Assembly: GCA_030603385.1 (NCBI GenBank)
Contig: JAUVXW010000001.1
Location: 32,001 to 96,000, forward strand
DNA: 64,000 nucleotides
Direction of reading: 5' to 3'
DNA from: Promethearchaeota archaeon
GTDB taxonomy: Archaea > Asgardarchaeota > Lokiarchaeia > Sigyniarchaeales > SOKP01
The notes under the pieces were generated by a model. It made no database searches. It saw only the letters and a program-made list of their open reading frames with translations, and was not told the origin of the DNA. Position 1 is the stretch's first letter. The number at the start of each line of letters is the position of its first letter. Made by a program: the position numbers and the translations under genes. This document shows positions 22,801-31,933 of the stretch, piece by piece.

Positions 22801-25800
22801 GATATGAATTCAATTCCGTTATTTACCTTTGTATATTCAATTTTTACTAGTGACCTGAAAAATTGAATAAGAGGAAGACTAATCAATAAAAACAACCCTA
22901 GATACCATACAGCATTAAAGGAATTCAAAAAAGATGGCATAAAAGTGAGAACAGTACTTAATCCAATTAAAGATATAATTAAAAAAGAGAAAGAAAAAGT
23001 AAGACCATATAACAAAAATTCTTGAAGGTAATTAATAATCCTTAAATCTTTAGAATAATTGATTAACAACTTAAAAGTATAGATGTTTAATATAAAAAAT
23101 ATAAAAAGCATAATGGAAATTGATATATCAGTTAGCACATAAGAAAAGATTACATAAGATACAAATATAGATATTGAAAACCATGTAAACACCTTAAATA
23201 ATTTAAAAAGGTTAGTCCATTTTTCTTTTACATTGTACCATATACCAATAAAATCTAAGAAATTTAAAACTACAAACAATAGGATTAAAGAAATTGCTGA
23301 AATAATGAAAATATCAATATCTAAACCTATTCGTAATAATTCTAATCCACTTATCGTTGGTATTAGTGTAATCAACACAGAAAGAAGAATACTATTAGCC
23401 AGTATGAACTTTTTGACAACATTCTCTTTAAAATATCGTATTCTATAAGAAAATATACTAGGCAAATATAAGAAACATGATGCCATGATAAAAGGAAAAA
23501 GAAAACTATAGACAGTTCCAGCCAGTAGTATAAAAAAATAATAAAAAACAGTTGTCCCTGCGATAATTATTTCAATAAAAATTTGAGATTTTAGAACCCC
23601 AGAAGTATATTTTTCATTGATCTTATACTTCCTTAATAAATAGTAAGTAAAGATTAATATCCCGAAAGCAATATACAGAGTGTAATTTATTGTTGGTATT
23701 ATTTCAATAAAAACACCTAATCGAATAGCCTCTAAATTAATAATAGTGGGAATAAGTGTAAGAAAAATAGCTATTAATATGCAATCTACTAAAAAGAGTC
23801 TATGAGTAACCTTCTCATAAATTCTCATTCTTAACATATAATAGATTGGAAAGAACAAAATTGAAAATAGACAGAGAAAGGGTATTAGTAATACATAAAA
23901 AGTGCCTAAAGTAAATAAAAATGAATAATAATATGCTAAACCTGCGCTAAATGTTAATGTTATAATATTAATTTTAAATGTCAATGATTCGGAAAAAATA
24001 ATTCTATTCCACGAAAGTAGGTTAACTAAAGTGGTTATAATTAGTAGTGAGAAGTAAATAGAAAAAACAATATTTATCAAGACAATCGTGTAAAAGAAAA
24101 AGAAGGATAGTGCAAAAAGCTCTCCTGTAATAATATAAGAGTTTATATAGACATAACGCTTAACTGTAGAATCTTTTATTTTTTCTAACTTCACCCCAAA
24201 CTGTAAATTAAGCTGACTGAAAATAGATAAAAATAATAAATCTAATGTTAAAAAGACAAATTCAGTTAGAGAGACTAGAAATATTATAACGAACAAATCT
24301 GTAATTAAAACCCATAATAGATAAAAGGTCAATATTAAGAATTGTTTTCGAGATAACAATTTTAATAGATAGTCTGTAAAACCAATAAATAATAATGTAA
24401 GTGGAAAGATTAGCAATGTATAATTTATTACTGATAAAATATCTACGGATAATCCTATTCGGGAGAATTCTAAATTGAGAAAAATTGGTATTAATGTTAT
24501 AAAAATCGCCAACAAGGCAGAATTTATTAATAAACCCTTGCGTATGAAAGTCTCATAAATCCTCTTTCTTAACAAGAAATAAAACGGGAAATATAAAGTT
24601 AGGAACAAACTTATAAAAGGATATAAAAACACATAAGAAGTGCCTAAAGTGAATATATATGTATAATAGAATGCTAAACCTGTGCTAAAAAATAGGGCTA
24701 TTATATTTATTTTAAGAGTTATTGAACTTGAAAACACTACTTCACTTCTAGAGAGTATGTTAGCTAGAATAGTCATAATTAAAAATGAGAAATAAGTTGA
24801 TAGGATTATCTTATCGTGGAGAGCTAAATCAGCTAATTCAGCTAATGCTATTGAATAAAAGAAAAAGAAAAACAAAGCTATTAGTTCAATAGTCATAAAA
24901 TAAGAGTTAGTTTTGGTAAATTTCTTAACTACTGATTCTTTTACTTTTTCAATTTTTAATCCATACTTTAAATTAAACTGACTGAAAATTGACAAGAACA
25001 AGAAATCAAGAGTCAAAATTACGGGATTACTTAGATTTATTAACAATATGGAGAGAAATATATCACCAATTAAAGCCCATAGTAAATAATAACTTATTTT
25101 TAAGAAATCCTTTCGTGAAAATACCCCTAGTATATAATTTACAAATATAAAAAACAAGAAAATAGAGGGAAATAATAGGCTTGATAATATTAAAATTTCC
25201 ATCAAGAAAAATGTTCTTAAATTAATTAAGAGAAATATGAAAAGCTCAATAAGAAAGAAATTTATAAATAAACAAGATCTAAAAAGCCTTGAGCGTTTTT
25301 GATAGAAATACCGAGAGTATAAGATATAAAATGAAACTAGTGATACTAGTGAAATCAATAAACCATGTATCATGAAGTTGAAAATTAAGATGATTGTTGG
25401 ATCTGAAGTGAATCGAGCAAACTCAATTGAATATGCTATTGAATATGCTATTATAGTAAAACAAGCAATAGCAAGTATATTTTGGATAATTATAATGTTT
25501 TCTTTAGCGAAATAGTCAGTTTTAACAAATATTTGTAAGATGAAATATAAAGAAAATAAAAATATTAAAAATTGATAATTTAGTAATATCTCTGAAAAGA
25601 GCCCAAATGAAATAGAAATTAAAATGATAATAGAATTTAGAAGAAAAATATATTTATTATAATTTTTAGGACATATACCTGCTTTCTGTTCAGAATAAGA
25701 AAAAATAAAGAAAAATGGTAGAACGATTACAATAAGCAATGGAGTGTTTATTAAAAAAGCAAAAGCTGCTATGAGAACTATTAAAATTCCCGAGAGAAAA

Positions 25801-26795
25801 GTATTATATTTTTGATATTTGATACTTTGAGCCGGAACCTTATCATTTGAATTATTACTCTTTATAGAATCCCTATAAACATTAATTCTATTGCTATAAT
25901 AGAAATTGATATAAAAAAGTGATTTTAAATATAAAAATAAGAAGATAATGCTTAAAAAAGAAGTATTTATCAATTCTAAACCTGAAAAGCTAAAAATAAT
26001 AATAACTATTAAGGGCATTTGAATTAATAAAACGAAAACTAAACTTGTAATTAATATTACAAATTTTTGTTTAAATTCAGTTAAAAGTTGCAGAATTGAT
26101 CTATTTTCTTTAATGGATTCTTTAATACTGTTACAGATTTTCCTTGTATTAGCAATTGTAATAAGGTATATCGTCAAATTAGTCATCAGAGCAAAAACCC
26201 AAGAGAGATTTGTAATGAAAGTAATTGAAAGGAAAATAAGGTGAGTAATATAATTAATGACAATTATGAAATTATATGGTTGCTTTATAGTTATTTTAAC
26301 ATCGATTCCATGCTTAAACTCTCCCTCAGCTATACTGAAAAAAGCTATAGGTTTGAATCTATAATAGAAATACACTATATTATAGAGTGTGGCAAAACTT
26401 ATCAGTGGGAGCAGTTCAAATGAAACATCCTCTTGTGTAATCCATGAAATTAGTGTAAAAATTGGAGTAACAATGAAAGATAGAATAGATATTAAAAAAG
26501 TAATGTGAATCCTTGCAATAAGGTTATTTTCTTTATTTAGAAAAAAAGATTTATCTCTAAATTTGTCATAAGCTTTAAGGAAAAATAGGAAAGCGAACAT
26601 GAATGTTATTACTGAAAGGGATAAGACAATATAAACACGAAGACTGAATAACTGAAAAATCAAAAGACTAACAAAACCTATTGTTAAAGGTGAAATTACT
26701 AAATAGAAAAAAAACCACCATAACTTTTGAAGTAATTCTGTGGCTTTTTTATACTTCTCTTCTTCTTCTGAATTTATATCAGGATCTGATTTCAT
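16824..26795 (-). CDS. Giant (3323 aa) polytopic membrane protein with internal ~250-aa repeats
   Basis: Uninterrupted 10-kb ORF made almost entirely of hydrophobic helices and short basic loops, with visible internal duplications. Confidence 0.85.
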   Translation of the reverse strand: MKSDPDINSEEEEKYKKATELLQKLWWFFFYLVISPLTIGFVSLLIFQLFSLRVYIVLSLSVITFMFAFLFFLKAYDKFRDKSFFLNKENNLIARIHITFLISILSFIVTPIFTLISWITQEDVSFELLPLISFATLYNIVYFYYRFKPIAFFSIAEGEFKHGIDVKITIKQPYNFIIVINYITHLIFLSITFITNLSWVFALMTNLTIYLITIANTRKICNSIKESIKENRSILQLLTEFKQKFVILITSLVFVLLIQMPLIVIIIFSFSGLELINTSFLSIIFLFLYLKSLFYINFYYSNRINVYRDSIKSNNSNDKVPAQSIKYQKYNTFLSGILIVLIAAFAFLINTPLLIVIVLPFFFIFSYSEQKAGICPKNYNKYIFLLNSIIILISISFGLFSEILLNYQFLIFLFSLYFILQIFVKTDYFAKENIIIIQNILAIACFTIIAYSIAYSIEFARFTSDPTIILIFNFMIHGLLISLVSLVSFYILYSRYFYQKRSRLFRSCLFINFFLIELFIFLLINLRTFFLMEILILSSLLFPSIFLFFIFVNYILGVFSRKDFLKISYYLLWALIGDIFLSILLINLSNPVILTLDFLFLSIFSQFNLKYGLKIEKVKESVVKKFTKTNSYFMTIELIALFFFFFYSIALAELADLALHDKIILSTYFSFLIMTILANILSRSEVVFSSSITLKINIIALFFSTGLAFYYTYIFTLGTSYVFLYPFISLFLTLYFPFYFLLRKRIYETFIRKGLLINSALLAIFITLIPIFLNLEFSRIGLSVDILSVINYTLLIFPLTLLFIGFTDYLLKLLSRKQFLILTFYLLWVLITDLFVIIFLVSLTEFVFLTLDLLFLSIFSQLNLQFGVKLEKIKDSTVKRYVYINSYIITGELFALSFFFFYTIVLINIVFSIYFSLLIITTLVNLLSWNRIIFSESLTFKINIITLTFSAGLAYYYSFLFTLGTFYVLLIPFLCLFSILFFPIYYMLRMRIYEKVTHRLFLVDCILIAIFLTLIPTIINLEAIRLGVFIEIIPTINYTLYIAFGILIFTYYLLRKYKINEKYTSGVLKSQIFIEIIIAGTTVFYYFFILLAGTVYSFLFPFIMASCFLYLPSIFSYRIRYFKENVVKKFILANSILLSVLITLIPTISGLELLRIGLDIDIFIISAISLILLFVVLNFLDFIGIWYNVKEKWTNLFKLFKVFTWFSISIFVSYVIFSYVLTDISISIMLFIFFILNIYTFKLLINYSKDLRIINYLQEFLLYGLTFSFSFLIISLIGLSTVLTFMPSFLNSFNAVWYLGLFLLISLPLIQFFRSLVKIEYTKVNNGIEFISWSILKIIICIFISMIFSFSILALIISFSLTFTFFTPITLSYFKKLKIFSEKNQLIIKRFMLGVFVISLLILYIDLFYQLTANESFFNDYLFLHISFILANSLLYLYYFLLRYNTILQIDSTVQIFGFYLSSFILFLSLLYIYWILLIVPVLFAIILLLYRRSLNIIFRFISYFLLSYVIFIDLLSIFNSFEILGGFNLIIFGFLTSTYLLTLISVLLFSILLNYKRNNNLEKFALYGFLSLLSFTFLNSYTNILILYNITISLFIFSLFMGIYFYRQNNELYKWFIKPCVLLLVFDFISFISYTTLFNNPLYINFSPILTFTLTMSITGFTFVILYNSAPANFRKKSFYFTLVAINICFPIFLYFCIVSPFPSLFGDPIPIIIVINVAVFLFYLSIGIYQWRISWAIWKSGWYAWNILPFVNFLIIYQSLRGIDVLGRSVSLFGGDFSGSSIISIIICSLFFLPVIYSKIKKYFLNIIFIVWAESLFLLYWISQNLFAGDILLTNLSFVLFSVILLMPLLIGLKFWKIASIFWLIPLTVINATFLFFYLISIGVSLEITISIDLLVIGLFLIVYSFFPNIRSIGIILIFSYFVVLIGIFLTIYFILYSVILDVFFSINISFIVMGFSLFSSKPLKFVSKTVDNFLSWILIINFSWLTFNTFSLLPRMEIFSFFLALTVFGCSFFIFNRYKMKFRINRVFPLLIVAIGTSSSITSLFSILFNLTPYILITTFSGIFLIFLYFLIIEYRYFLWALIPIPLTLPILELLLTFEVIRNIWLLAFSAFSTIYIIFFQILINMFKSIIKDESEEIKNSLMKIYQEKNQIKMLNFTCFLLNSVFFSLFISVIIPLLTTQLLFNDIIYIYHILDFLIIWPIFILFSLKYIEKSEIDLKIRDPLLYFNRICFVLYLLIPISVATNLLLFMVFNNLDFIIVLFSFLLTLSGGIFFESYIIDRRFFYYLFNSIRDKFTFWSWLAFINTLSVFLFIFHSNWFFLILSWSFLNQSSLYFLSHLDISKKAISNLRVVLFYILFISGSFYLGDMITNGILMLFEELEGISYFLLLFQNSFLLLFISSYIFIRIDTGLKSSIEVILLSVFQGFFAINWIIIFNLFNILNFFSLISIILIETCFCFKTIKYFNSLFFEVKKPKFLSRAFSFLIIILYFEISFLMFGLMIEFTGIFESILVSQLVFFALTLLDIYSLKKIKKNYAQFIHTISFLVITLMTFFILNQYVAQYPILLSLEVLVFILMQFYTSYSFFASFSQFYPNKTESIRKRRSQMTHVLGTCFYINLVLVLFQALTLFNVEPQLIFLSLSVSVYVLMIIDAYSVKFLGKVTSYLKTVSWIFIMVFTATYLISMFNIFNIVNYFTISLLILIETCFLFTLAKNLNVLFFEIKHPKFITKSVSSIIILLYFEISLLMYGLMIEFTGIFESILVSQLILFAFTLLDIYSIKRIKKGYAQFIHTISFFITTLMIVFILSQYVVQYPILLSFEILIFILMQFYTNYSFFASLSQLYPNRVESIKKRRSQMTQVLGTFFYISLVLPLFQVLISFNVPLTLIFLNLSITVHILMIIDVYILKFLGRISNYLRIMSWIFIITFTTTWLYTTYLITLLITSIPLIFFILILETAYLFKILDFWEYIVSHKRRLRFYLISISYFNFISWPIYFVTSDPVHLLNLFIFSSIILFVFTYIDKYIGTVKEKSLVTLRKASFLTIGLLLSIDIFILLGLVPNTTLLLNLSVAALNFIFFLGIIVKPFRKHSLTAFAFWAAIFSLSSLIISELSQFWQIIPALVILMILIYPFVFLLEELRELFNKFVDILVKFFREIKQLINQAFRIFFNFLKAHYKVIWILFSACLAVFLGILLSELYLSILLGPVHPTLLTIAIFAFLILVVPSSKSSDPDVIFKRRVLRLSYGWGSVIAFLFIYIDPVWYIATILISISVVGSIILVYLRRKEEREKIAVKWRFYTLLTLFILFISFIILLVIQQIYIHG
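18000..19490. repeat. Tandem duplication, 750-bp period, inside the giant membrane gene
   Basis: AAAAATCCAAGACA at 18021 and 18771. GATACAAGAATGCTTTCGAAAATTCCTGTAAATTCAATCATTAACCC at 18499 and 19249. Confidence 0.9.
23660..25170. repeat. Older tandem duplication, ~750-765-bp period, inside the giant membrane gene
   Basis: LTLDFLFLSIFSQFNLKYGLKIEKVKES versus LTLDLLFLSIFSQLNLQFGVKLEKIKDS. CTGACTGAAAAT at 24213 and 24978. Confidence 0.8.
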
Positions 26796-27029
26796 CGCCC
26801 TACAAATTACTTTTGGATCCGATTCCTTGAATATAATAGAAATGTTAATTTATAAATTTATTTGAAATATATTTACTTATGTGAAAATGAAGTATAAAAG
26901 TTTTTATTAAATTTTGATACATTTCTCAAAGAAATTTCGAAAAGTGATAATAAGACCAAAAATTATTTACAATTTCGTAAATTCTTTCCCGACTTAAAAA
27001 ATTATAATTCGATGTTAATAAGCCACTAA

Positions 27030-28355
27030 TCATTTGAATTTTGGGAGAAACTCTTGCTGCACTTCGCTCATCTCATCAAAGATGCTTTCTGCCATTTCAA
27101 AACTACCTACATTCGGATCTATAGCCAAACATGCTATCGCAAGGTCTTTAGATCTGGTTAAAACTGCCTCAACACACAAATCTTGTATTGTGGCTTCAAT
27201 GCGAAGTAATGCTGCTATATTCTTAGGCAAAGCACCTATCTTAACACCATGAACACCATCCTTATTAACGGTTGCTGAACATTCAAGTATTAAATCTTGA
27301 GGCAGATTTTCAATGATGTTCTCATTTGGAATATTCACAGCAAATTCATAAGAATTTCTATCATTAATTATTGCTTCGATTATAGGAATCGCTCTCTCTC
27401 CAGAACGACCTCCAAATAAAATGCTTCTCCTAGAATATTTTTCTCTTTTGAATCGCTTATAGTAATATAGAAATCTTTCATATACATACAGCCCTATTTG
27501 ATCCATGCGATCTATCCAATCTATCATATCCTGAGTTTCCGTAAATTCTGAACCGGTTTGTAAGTACTCCCCTAGGTGGTTATCACCGACGTAAGGAAAA
27601 TAACCAAATCTCTTAAAAAATTCAAATGTAAGTGTAGAAAATTCAAATCTATTCTCATGCTCTCTGAAATAATTCAACGCCTTCTTCTTAAACTTAGGTA
27701 TTAAGTCTTTCCCTGTTGATAAGTCCTCAAGTCCTAAAAGGAATGCAAAATGGTTGAGTCCCCCTACTTTCATCTTCATATTTTTTATTGATTTATTGAA
27801 CAGCCTAGGTAAGTGGTGTACCATAAAGCCAATTTGATGACATAAACCAATATATTTTAAATCCTTCACACTTCTTTTTATCGCTAAACATACTCGAGAT
27901 AAAGGGTTTGAAAAATTGATAAAAAAAGCATGTGGGCAGATTTTTTCGGCATCTTTAACTATATCTAATATAGGTGGTATAATCCGCCATGCATGAAATG
28001 ACCCCCCTGGACCTCCACACTCGCCCAAAATCTGATGTGAGCCATGTTTTCTGGGAATTTCAAAATCTTGTCTCCACAATCTATATCGTTCACCCACTTC
28101 TATGGAATTAATTATGAAATCAGCGCCTTTAAAAGCCGAAGACCTATCAGTCGTTCGTTCAAGATTGAATTTATTATTTAATCTTTCATTCTCAGCAAGT
28201 AATAACTCATATATCATTTCTAATTTGGCCTTATCAATGTCATGAAGCACAATTGTAGATCCTTCTAAAACATCACTTAAATAGATGTCATTAAACATGC
28301 TGGGTCCAAATGATGTCGAACCTGCCCCTACTAAAACTATTTTCTTTTCTATAAT
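27030..28355 (-). CDS. Glycoside hydrolase family 4 (NAD+-dependent alpha-glycosidase)
   Basis: GECGGPGG, NFSNP, GLCH and GLNH motifs. The NAD-binding KIVLVGAGSTSFGP lies upstream of the track ATG (28298), so the start is extended to an in-frame ATT/ATA. Confidence 0.88.
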   Translation of the reverse strand: MIEKKIVLVGAGSTSFGPSMFNDIYLSDVLEGSTIVLHDIDKAKLEMIYELLLAENERLNNKFNLERTTDRSSAFKGADFIINSIEVGERYRLWRQDFEIPRKHGSHQILGECGGPGGSFHAWRIIPPILDIVKDAEKICPHAFFINFSNPLSRVCLAIKRSVKDLKYIGLCHQIGFMVHHLPRLFNKSIKNMKMKVGGLNHFAFLLGLEDLSTGKDLIPKFKKKALNYFREHENRFEFSTLTFEFFKRFGYFPYVGDNHLGEYLQTGSEFTETQDMIDWIDRMDQIGLYVYERFLYYYKRFKREKYSRRSILFGGRSGERAIPIIEAIINDRNSYEFAVNIPNENIIENLPQDLILECSATVNKDGVHGVKIGALPKNIAALLRIEATIQDLCVEAVLTRSKDLAIACLAIDPNVGSFEMAESIFDEMSEVQQEFLPKFK

Positions 28356-28540
28356 ATTTAAAATCCCAATTCTTAAAATTCAATATTATTTTAAATAAAA
28401 TCTGTATTGATTTAAAAAATTATTATAGGTTTTCTTCTTAAAAGCACATTATACTTACATGTCAATTTTGCTTAAGGTGCTACGACAAATGGGAAATATA
28501 TGGGTAAAGTTTAAATATAACATTTAACATCTTTTTATTA

Positions 28541-28660
28541 ATGAGTTTTTCACATAATACTATAGATTATTGGTGCGGTTTTACATTATCCGTAAAGCCG
28601 GTAATTATCCGTAGTATTATTAAGAGAGAATAAATCCTTTCGACCTCTTTCTTTTACTTT
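28541..28660 (+). ncRNA. Candidate small RNA (long imperfect hairpin plus short hairpin and U-tract)
   Basis: TATA box TTTAAATATAA at 28510-28520. Stem 28554-28563/28611-28620 encloses CGGTTTTAC/GTAAAGCCG. Confidence 0.4.
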
Positions 28661-28772
28661 TTACTGATTTGTTCTCTTTTAAAACTACATCTCATAAAAT
28701 TTACTAGAAATAGGTCAAGATAAGAAAATATTTTCCAGTGAAAGACTAAATTAAAAATGGAGGTGAAAACTA

Positions 28773-28952
28773 CTGGGAAAGGAATCAGACGAGATGGATC
28801 TGATATTGGATTATTATAAAGATTGGGATTCTGAGAAAACTCCAGTTATGATGATGCTTCAGGGTTTAGATGGATCTGCTGAATCTCTTCAAGCTGAAGA
28901 TGAAAAAAGATTGGGATATCTCAGGAAAAAATATACCAAATCTTCTGGATAA
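28773..28952 (+). CDS. Small acidic protein (59 aa) with probable CTG start (not in ORF track)
   Basis: Strong SD GGAGGTGA just upstream of CTG. Encodes MGKESDEMDLILDYYKDWDSEKTPVMMMLQGLDGSAESLQAEDEKRLGYLRKKYTKSSG. Confidence 0.6.
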   Translation: MGKESDEMDLILDYYKDWDSEKTPVMMMLQGLDGSAESLQAEDEKRLGYLRKKYTKSSG

Positions 28953-29000
28953 GAATCCCTTTCAGATATAAAATATATATAGTCTTTTTTTTATCAATAA

Positions 29001-30182
29001 CTAGTTTAATAATTTATCAATTCTTTCTAATGCTTCTTTAATCCGTTCAATGGGTTGAGTTAAAGCAAATCTTACAAAACCTTCTCCATATTTCCCAAAT
29101 CCTGTCCCTGGTGTAATAATTACTCCAACATCAATTAATTTTTTAACAAATTCCATACAAGACATCTCACAATACTTTTCAGGAATTTGGGACCAAACGT
29201 AAAATGTTGCTTTGGGTAAGTCGGTTTTCCAACCTATCTTATTTAAGCCTTCAACAAGAGTATTTCTGCGTTTTTCATATATTTTTATGTTTTTTGCGAT
29301 AACATCAGGCTTTTTTTGAGACTTATACAAATTTAATCCTTTAACAACAGCTTTTTGGATAAAAATCGGACCGCCAGAGTCGATTTGAGATTTTACCTTT
29401 CTTAAACCTTTGATAATTTCAGCATTTCCTGCAACCCATCCACACCGAAATCCTGTCATGTTAAACATTTTTGAAACACTATTTAATTCAACATGTTCAT
29501 TATTTACTTGTAGTATACTTGGAGCAATATAATCTTCAAAAGTAAATTCTGAATAAGGATTGTCATATACTATAATGAAATTATAATCCTCTGCGTAATC
29601 TATAACTTTTTTCAAAAATTCTATAGGTGCAACTGCTCCCGTTGGATTGTTTGGATAGTTTAAATACATTAACTTAGCTTTTTTAAGAATATTGGTATCA
29701 GTTTCCTCTAAATCTGGAAGAAAATTACATTCTTTTTTGAGTGGCATTAAATATGGTTCTCCATCACATAATTTTGTGGCTCCGTTTACATATACAGGAT
29801 ATCCCGGATCTGGACATAATACAATATCTCCAGGATTAACAAATACTCGTGCTATATTTGCAACACCCTCTTTTCCTCCAAGTACATGTGAAATTTCAGT
29901 TTCTGGATTTAAATTTACTCCATATCTTACTTTATTCCATCTAGCAACTGCTTCTCTAAAAAAATTTTCACCCATACTTGAAGGATAGTTTTGATTGCTC
30001 GGAATTTTTGCTTGTTTATTCATCTCTTCTATAATTAATTCAGGTGTAGTCAAATCAGGATCTCCTATTCCTAGAGGGATAAAATCCTTTCCTTTTTTCC
30101 TCCCTTCAGCTATTAATTGCTCAATCTCAACAAAGATATATATAGGCAATCTCTTTACCCTTTCAGCATATTCCAGTGTAAT
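29001..30182 (-). CDS. Class I PLP aminotransferase (LL-diaminopimelate aminotransferase-like)
   Basis: LGIGDPD, GGKEG, NYPNNPTGA, YDNPYSE and SVSKMFNMTGFRCG motifs. The N-terminal EYAERVKRLP lies upstream of the track start (30149). Confidence 0.88.
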   Translation of the reverse strand: MTLEYAERVKRLPIYIFVEIEQLIAEGRKKGKDFIPLGIGDPDLTTPELIIEEMNKQAKIPSNQNYPSSMGENFFREAVARWNKVRYGVNLNPETEISHVLGGKEGVANIARVFVNPGDIVLCPDPGYPVYVNGATKLCDGEPYLMPLKKECNFLPDLEETDTNILKKAKLMYLNYPNNPTGAVAPIEFLKKVIDYAEDYNFIIVYDNPYSEFTFEDYIAPSILQVNNEHVELNSVSKMFNMTGFRCGWVAGNAEIIKGLRKVKSQIDSGGPIFIQKAVVKGLNLYKSQKKPDVIAKNIKIYEKRRNTLVEGLNKIGWKTDLPKATFYVWSQIPEKYCEMSCMEFVKKLIDVGVIITPGTGFGKYGEGFVRFALTQPIERIKEALERIDKLLN

Positions 30183-30719
30183 TTAAAACACCATCACTTT
30201 AAATTTTGGTTTTGAAATATGTAGAATTAAACATTTTCAAAAAATTTAAAATTTTTCAGTTTGGATCTTTCTGTTGATTAAAATATCAATGAAACCCATT
30301 GAAAAAATATATATAAAGTTCACTTACTCAGTTTTAACAAAAAAAAGAGTGGGATATTCTTAAAGTAGTATATTTTTATGTATTTGAAGTTCTTGCTTAT
30401 ATACATTAATGCGTTTTTGTATACGGTTCAAATAAAACGATTCATTTTGATTCCTAAGTTTTTTTAAAATCAATTCTAATACCTTTATGGAATTTTGTAA
30501 TATAATCATTCTATCCTGAATTTCACTCCTCATAAATTTGTACCTTATCCCTTATTCTTTTAACTTTTATTAATTAGGTTTACTTTAAAAATTATTAGAG
30601 GCATATTCTTTTGTGGATTTTTGCTGAATTGTATAGGATATTATGAATTTTTCTCAAAATTTAATTAAATTATGGAGCTTTTAATCAATTAATTTAAAAT
30701 TAGCAAGTTAGGGATATGA

Positions 30720-31817
30720 ATGACTGAAAAATTTTGGTACAAAGTAGCAAGGACCATTGTTAAAGCGGGAGTCTTTCCTTTTCCTGTCAATGAAAGCTTG
30801 ATAGAATTACTCCAAGAACTAATAACTGAAGAACAAGCAAAATTCTTATTGATATTTAAAAAACCTTCATTAACACTTGATCAAATAAAACAAAGTACAG
30901 ATAAAGATGAAGAGTCTATCCTCAAAATGCTTGATATTTTGATGTATAATGGTATTATAATTGGTACAAAAAGTAGGAGTGCTGGAGTGATGGTTTATCG
31001 TTTAATGGGTCCATTTCCAGGAATATTTGAATATACTAATTTGAGAGGAGAGACGGATGAAAAGCATGTAAAATTAGCAAAATTGTTCCAGAAGCTATTT
31101 TCGGAAAGGAGTAGGATAAATGAAACCAATCGCGAAACAATGATAAACACATTTAAAGCTCTACCCCCCACTGATAGAACTTTACCAGTCGAAAAAGAGG
31201 TAGAAATAGGAACAGAAACTGTAATGCCTTTTGAGGATATTAAAAAATATGTTGAGGAATATGATGATATTGCTGTTGCCCATTGTTACTGCCGACATCA
31301 TAAAGATCTTATAAATGATCCTTGTAAATTAGACGCTTCGAAGGATAACTGTTTTCTTTTTGATAAAAGTGCCCAATTTGCTATCGAGAAGAACTTTGGG
31401 CATCGAGTTTCAAAAGAAGAGGCCATTAAAATCTTTAGAGAAGCAGAAGATCAAGGATTGGTTCATAAGGTGTTCCATGTTCACTCAGACACTAATCGAG
31501 GGATAGAAGCAATTTGTAATTGCTGTAAATGTTGTTGTGGAATTATAGGAATGTATCGAGGAGGAATTATGCCATTACATACTGTATCCTCTTATATTGC
31601 TGAAGTAGATGAAGAATTATGTGTGGGATGTGCAACTTGTCTTGAAGTATGCCCGATGGAAACGATTTATTCCGAGAATAATAAAGCTATCGTTGATCCA
31701 GAAAAATGTATTGGATGTGGGCTATGTGCTCACCATTGTCATGAAGAGGCAATACATTTAAAAAGAACTGGTCCAAGAGATGTGTTTATACCTCCAGTAA
31801 AAATAAAAACAAATTAA
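30720..31817 (+). CDS. 4Fe-4S dicluster (ferredoxin-domain) protein with N-terminal HTH-like region
   Basis: CYCR, C..C, ICNCCKCCC, CVGCATCLEVCP and CIGCGLCAHHC motifs. Confidence 0.88.
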   Translation: MTEKFWYKVARTIVKAGVFPFPVNESLIELLQELITEEQAKFLLIFKKPSLTLDQIKQSTDKDEESILKMLDILMYNGIIIGTKSRSAGVMVYRLMGPFPGIFEYTNLRGETDEKHVKLAKLFQKLFSERSRINETNRETMINTFKALPPTDRTLPVEKEVEIGTETVMPFEDIKKYVEEYDDIAVAHCYCRHHKDLINDPCKLDASKDNCFLFDKSAQFAIEKNFGHRVSKEEAIKIFREAEDQGLVHKVFHVHSDTNRGIEAICNCCKCCCGIIGMYRGGIMPLHTVSSYIAEVDEELCVGCATCLEVCPMETIYSENNKAIVDPEKCIGCGLCAHHCHEEAIHLKRTGPRDVFIPPVKIKTN

Positions 31818-31933
31818 TAATTCCTCTTCCTTTCATGCTCTTTTTGAAATACTGAATAATATTTTTATTTCAATTTACTTTAATTCCTTTAATTATTCAA
31901 TTTAAATTGAATTATAATCAAAAATGAAAGAAA

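Noticed and set aside
17605-26423. Plus-strand ORFs inside the giant membrane gene, and other short antisense ORFs in the track
   Set aside because: They are shadow frames opposite well-supported genes, with no motifs. The two similar MLSKIPVNS ORFs merely reflect the 750-bp duplication.
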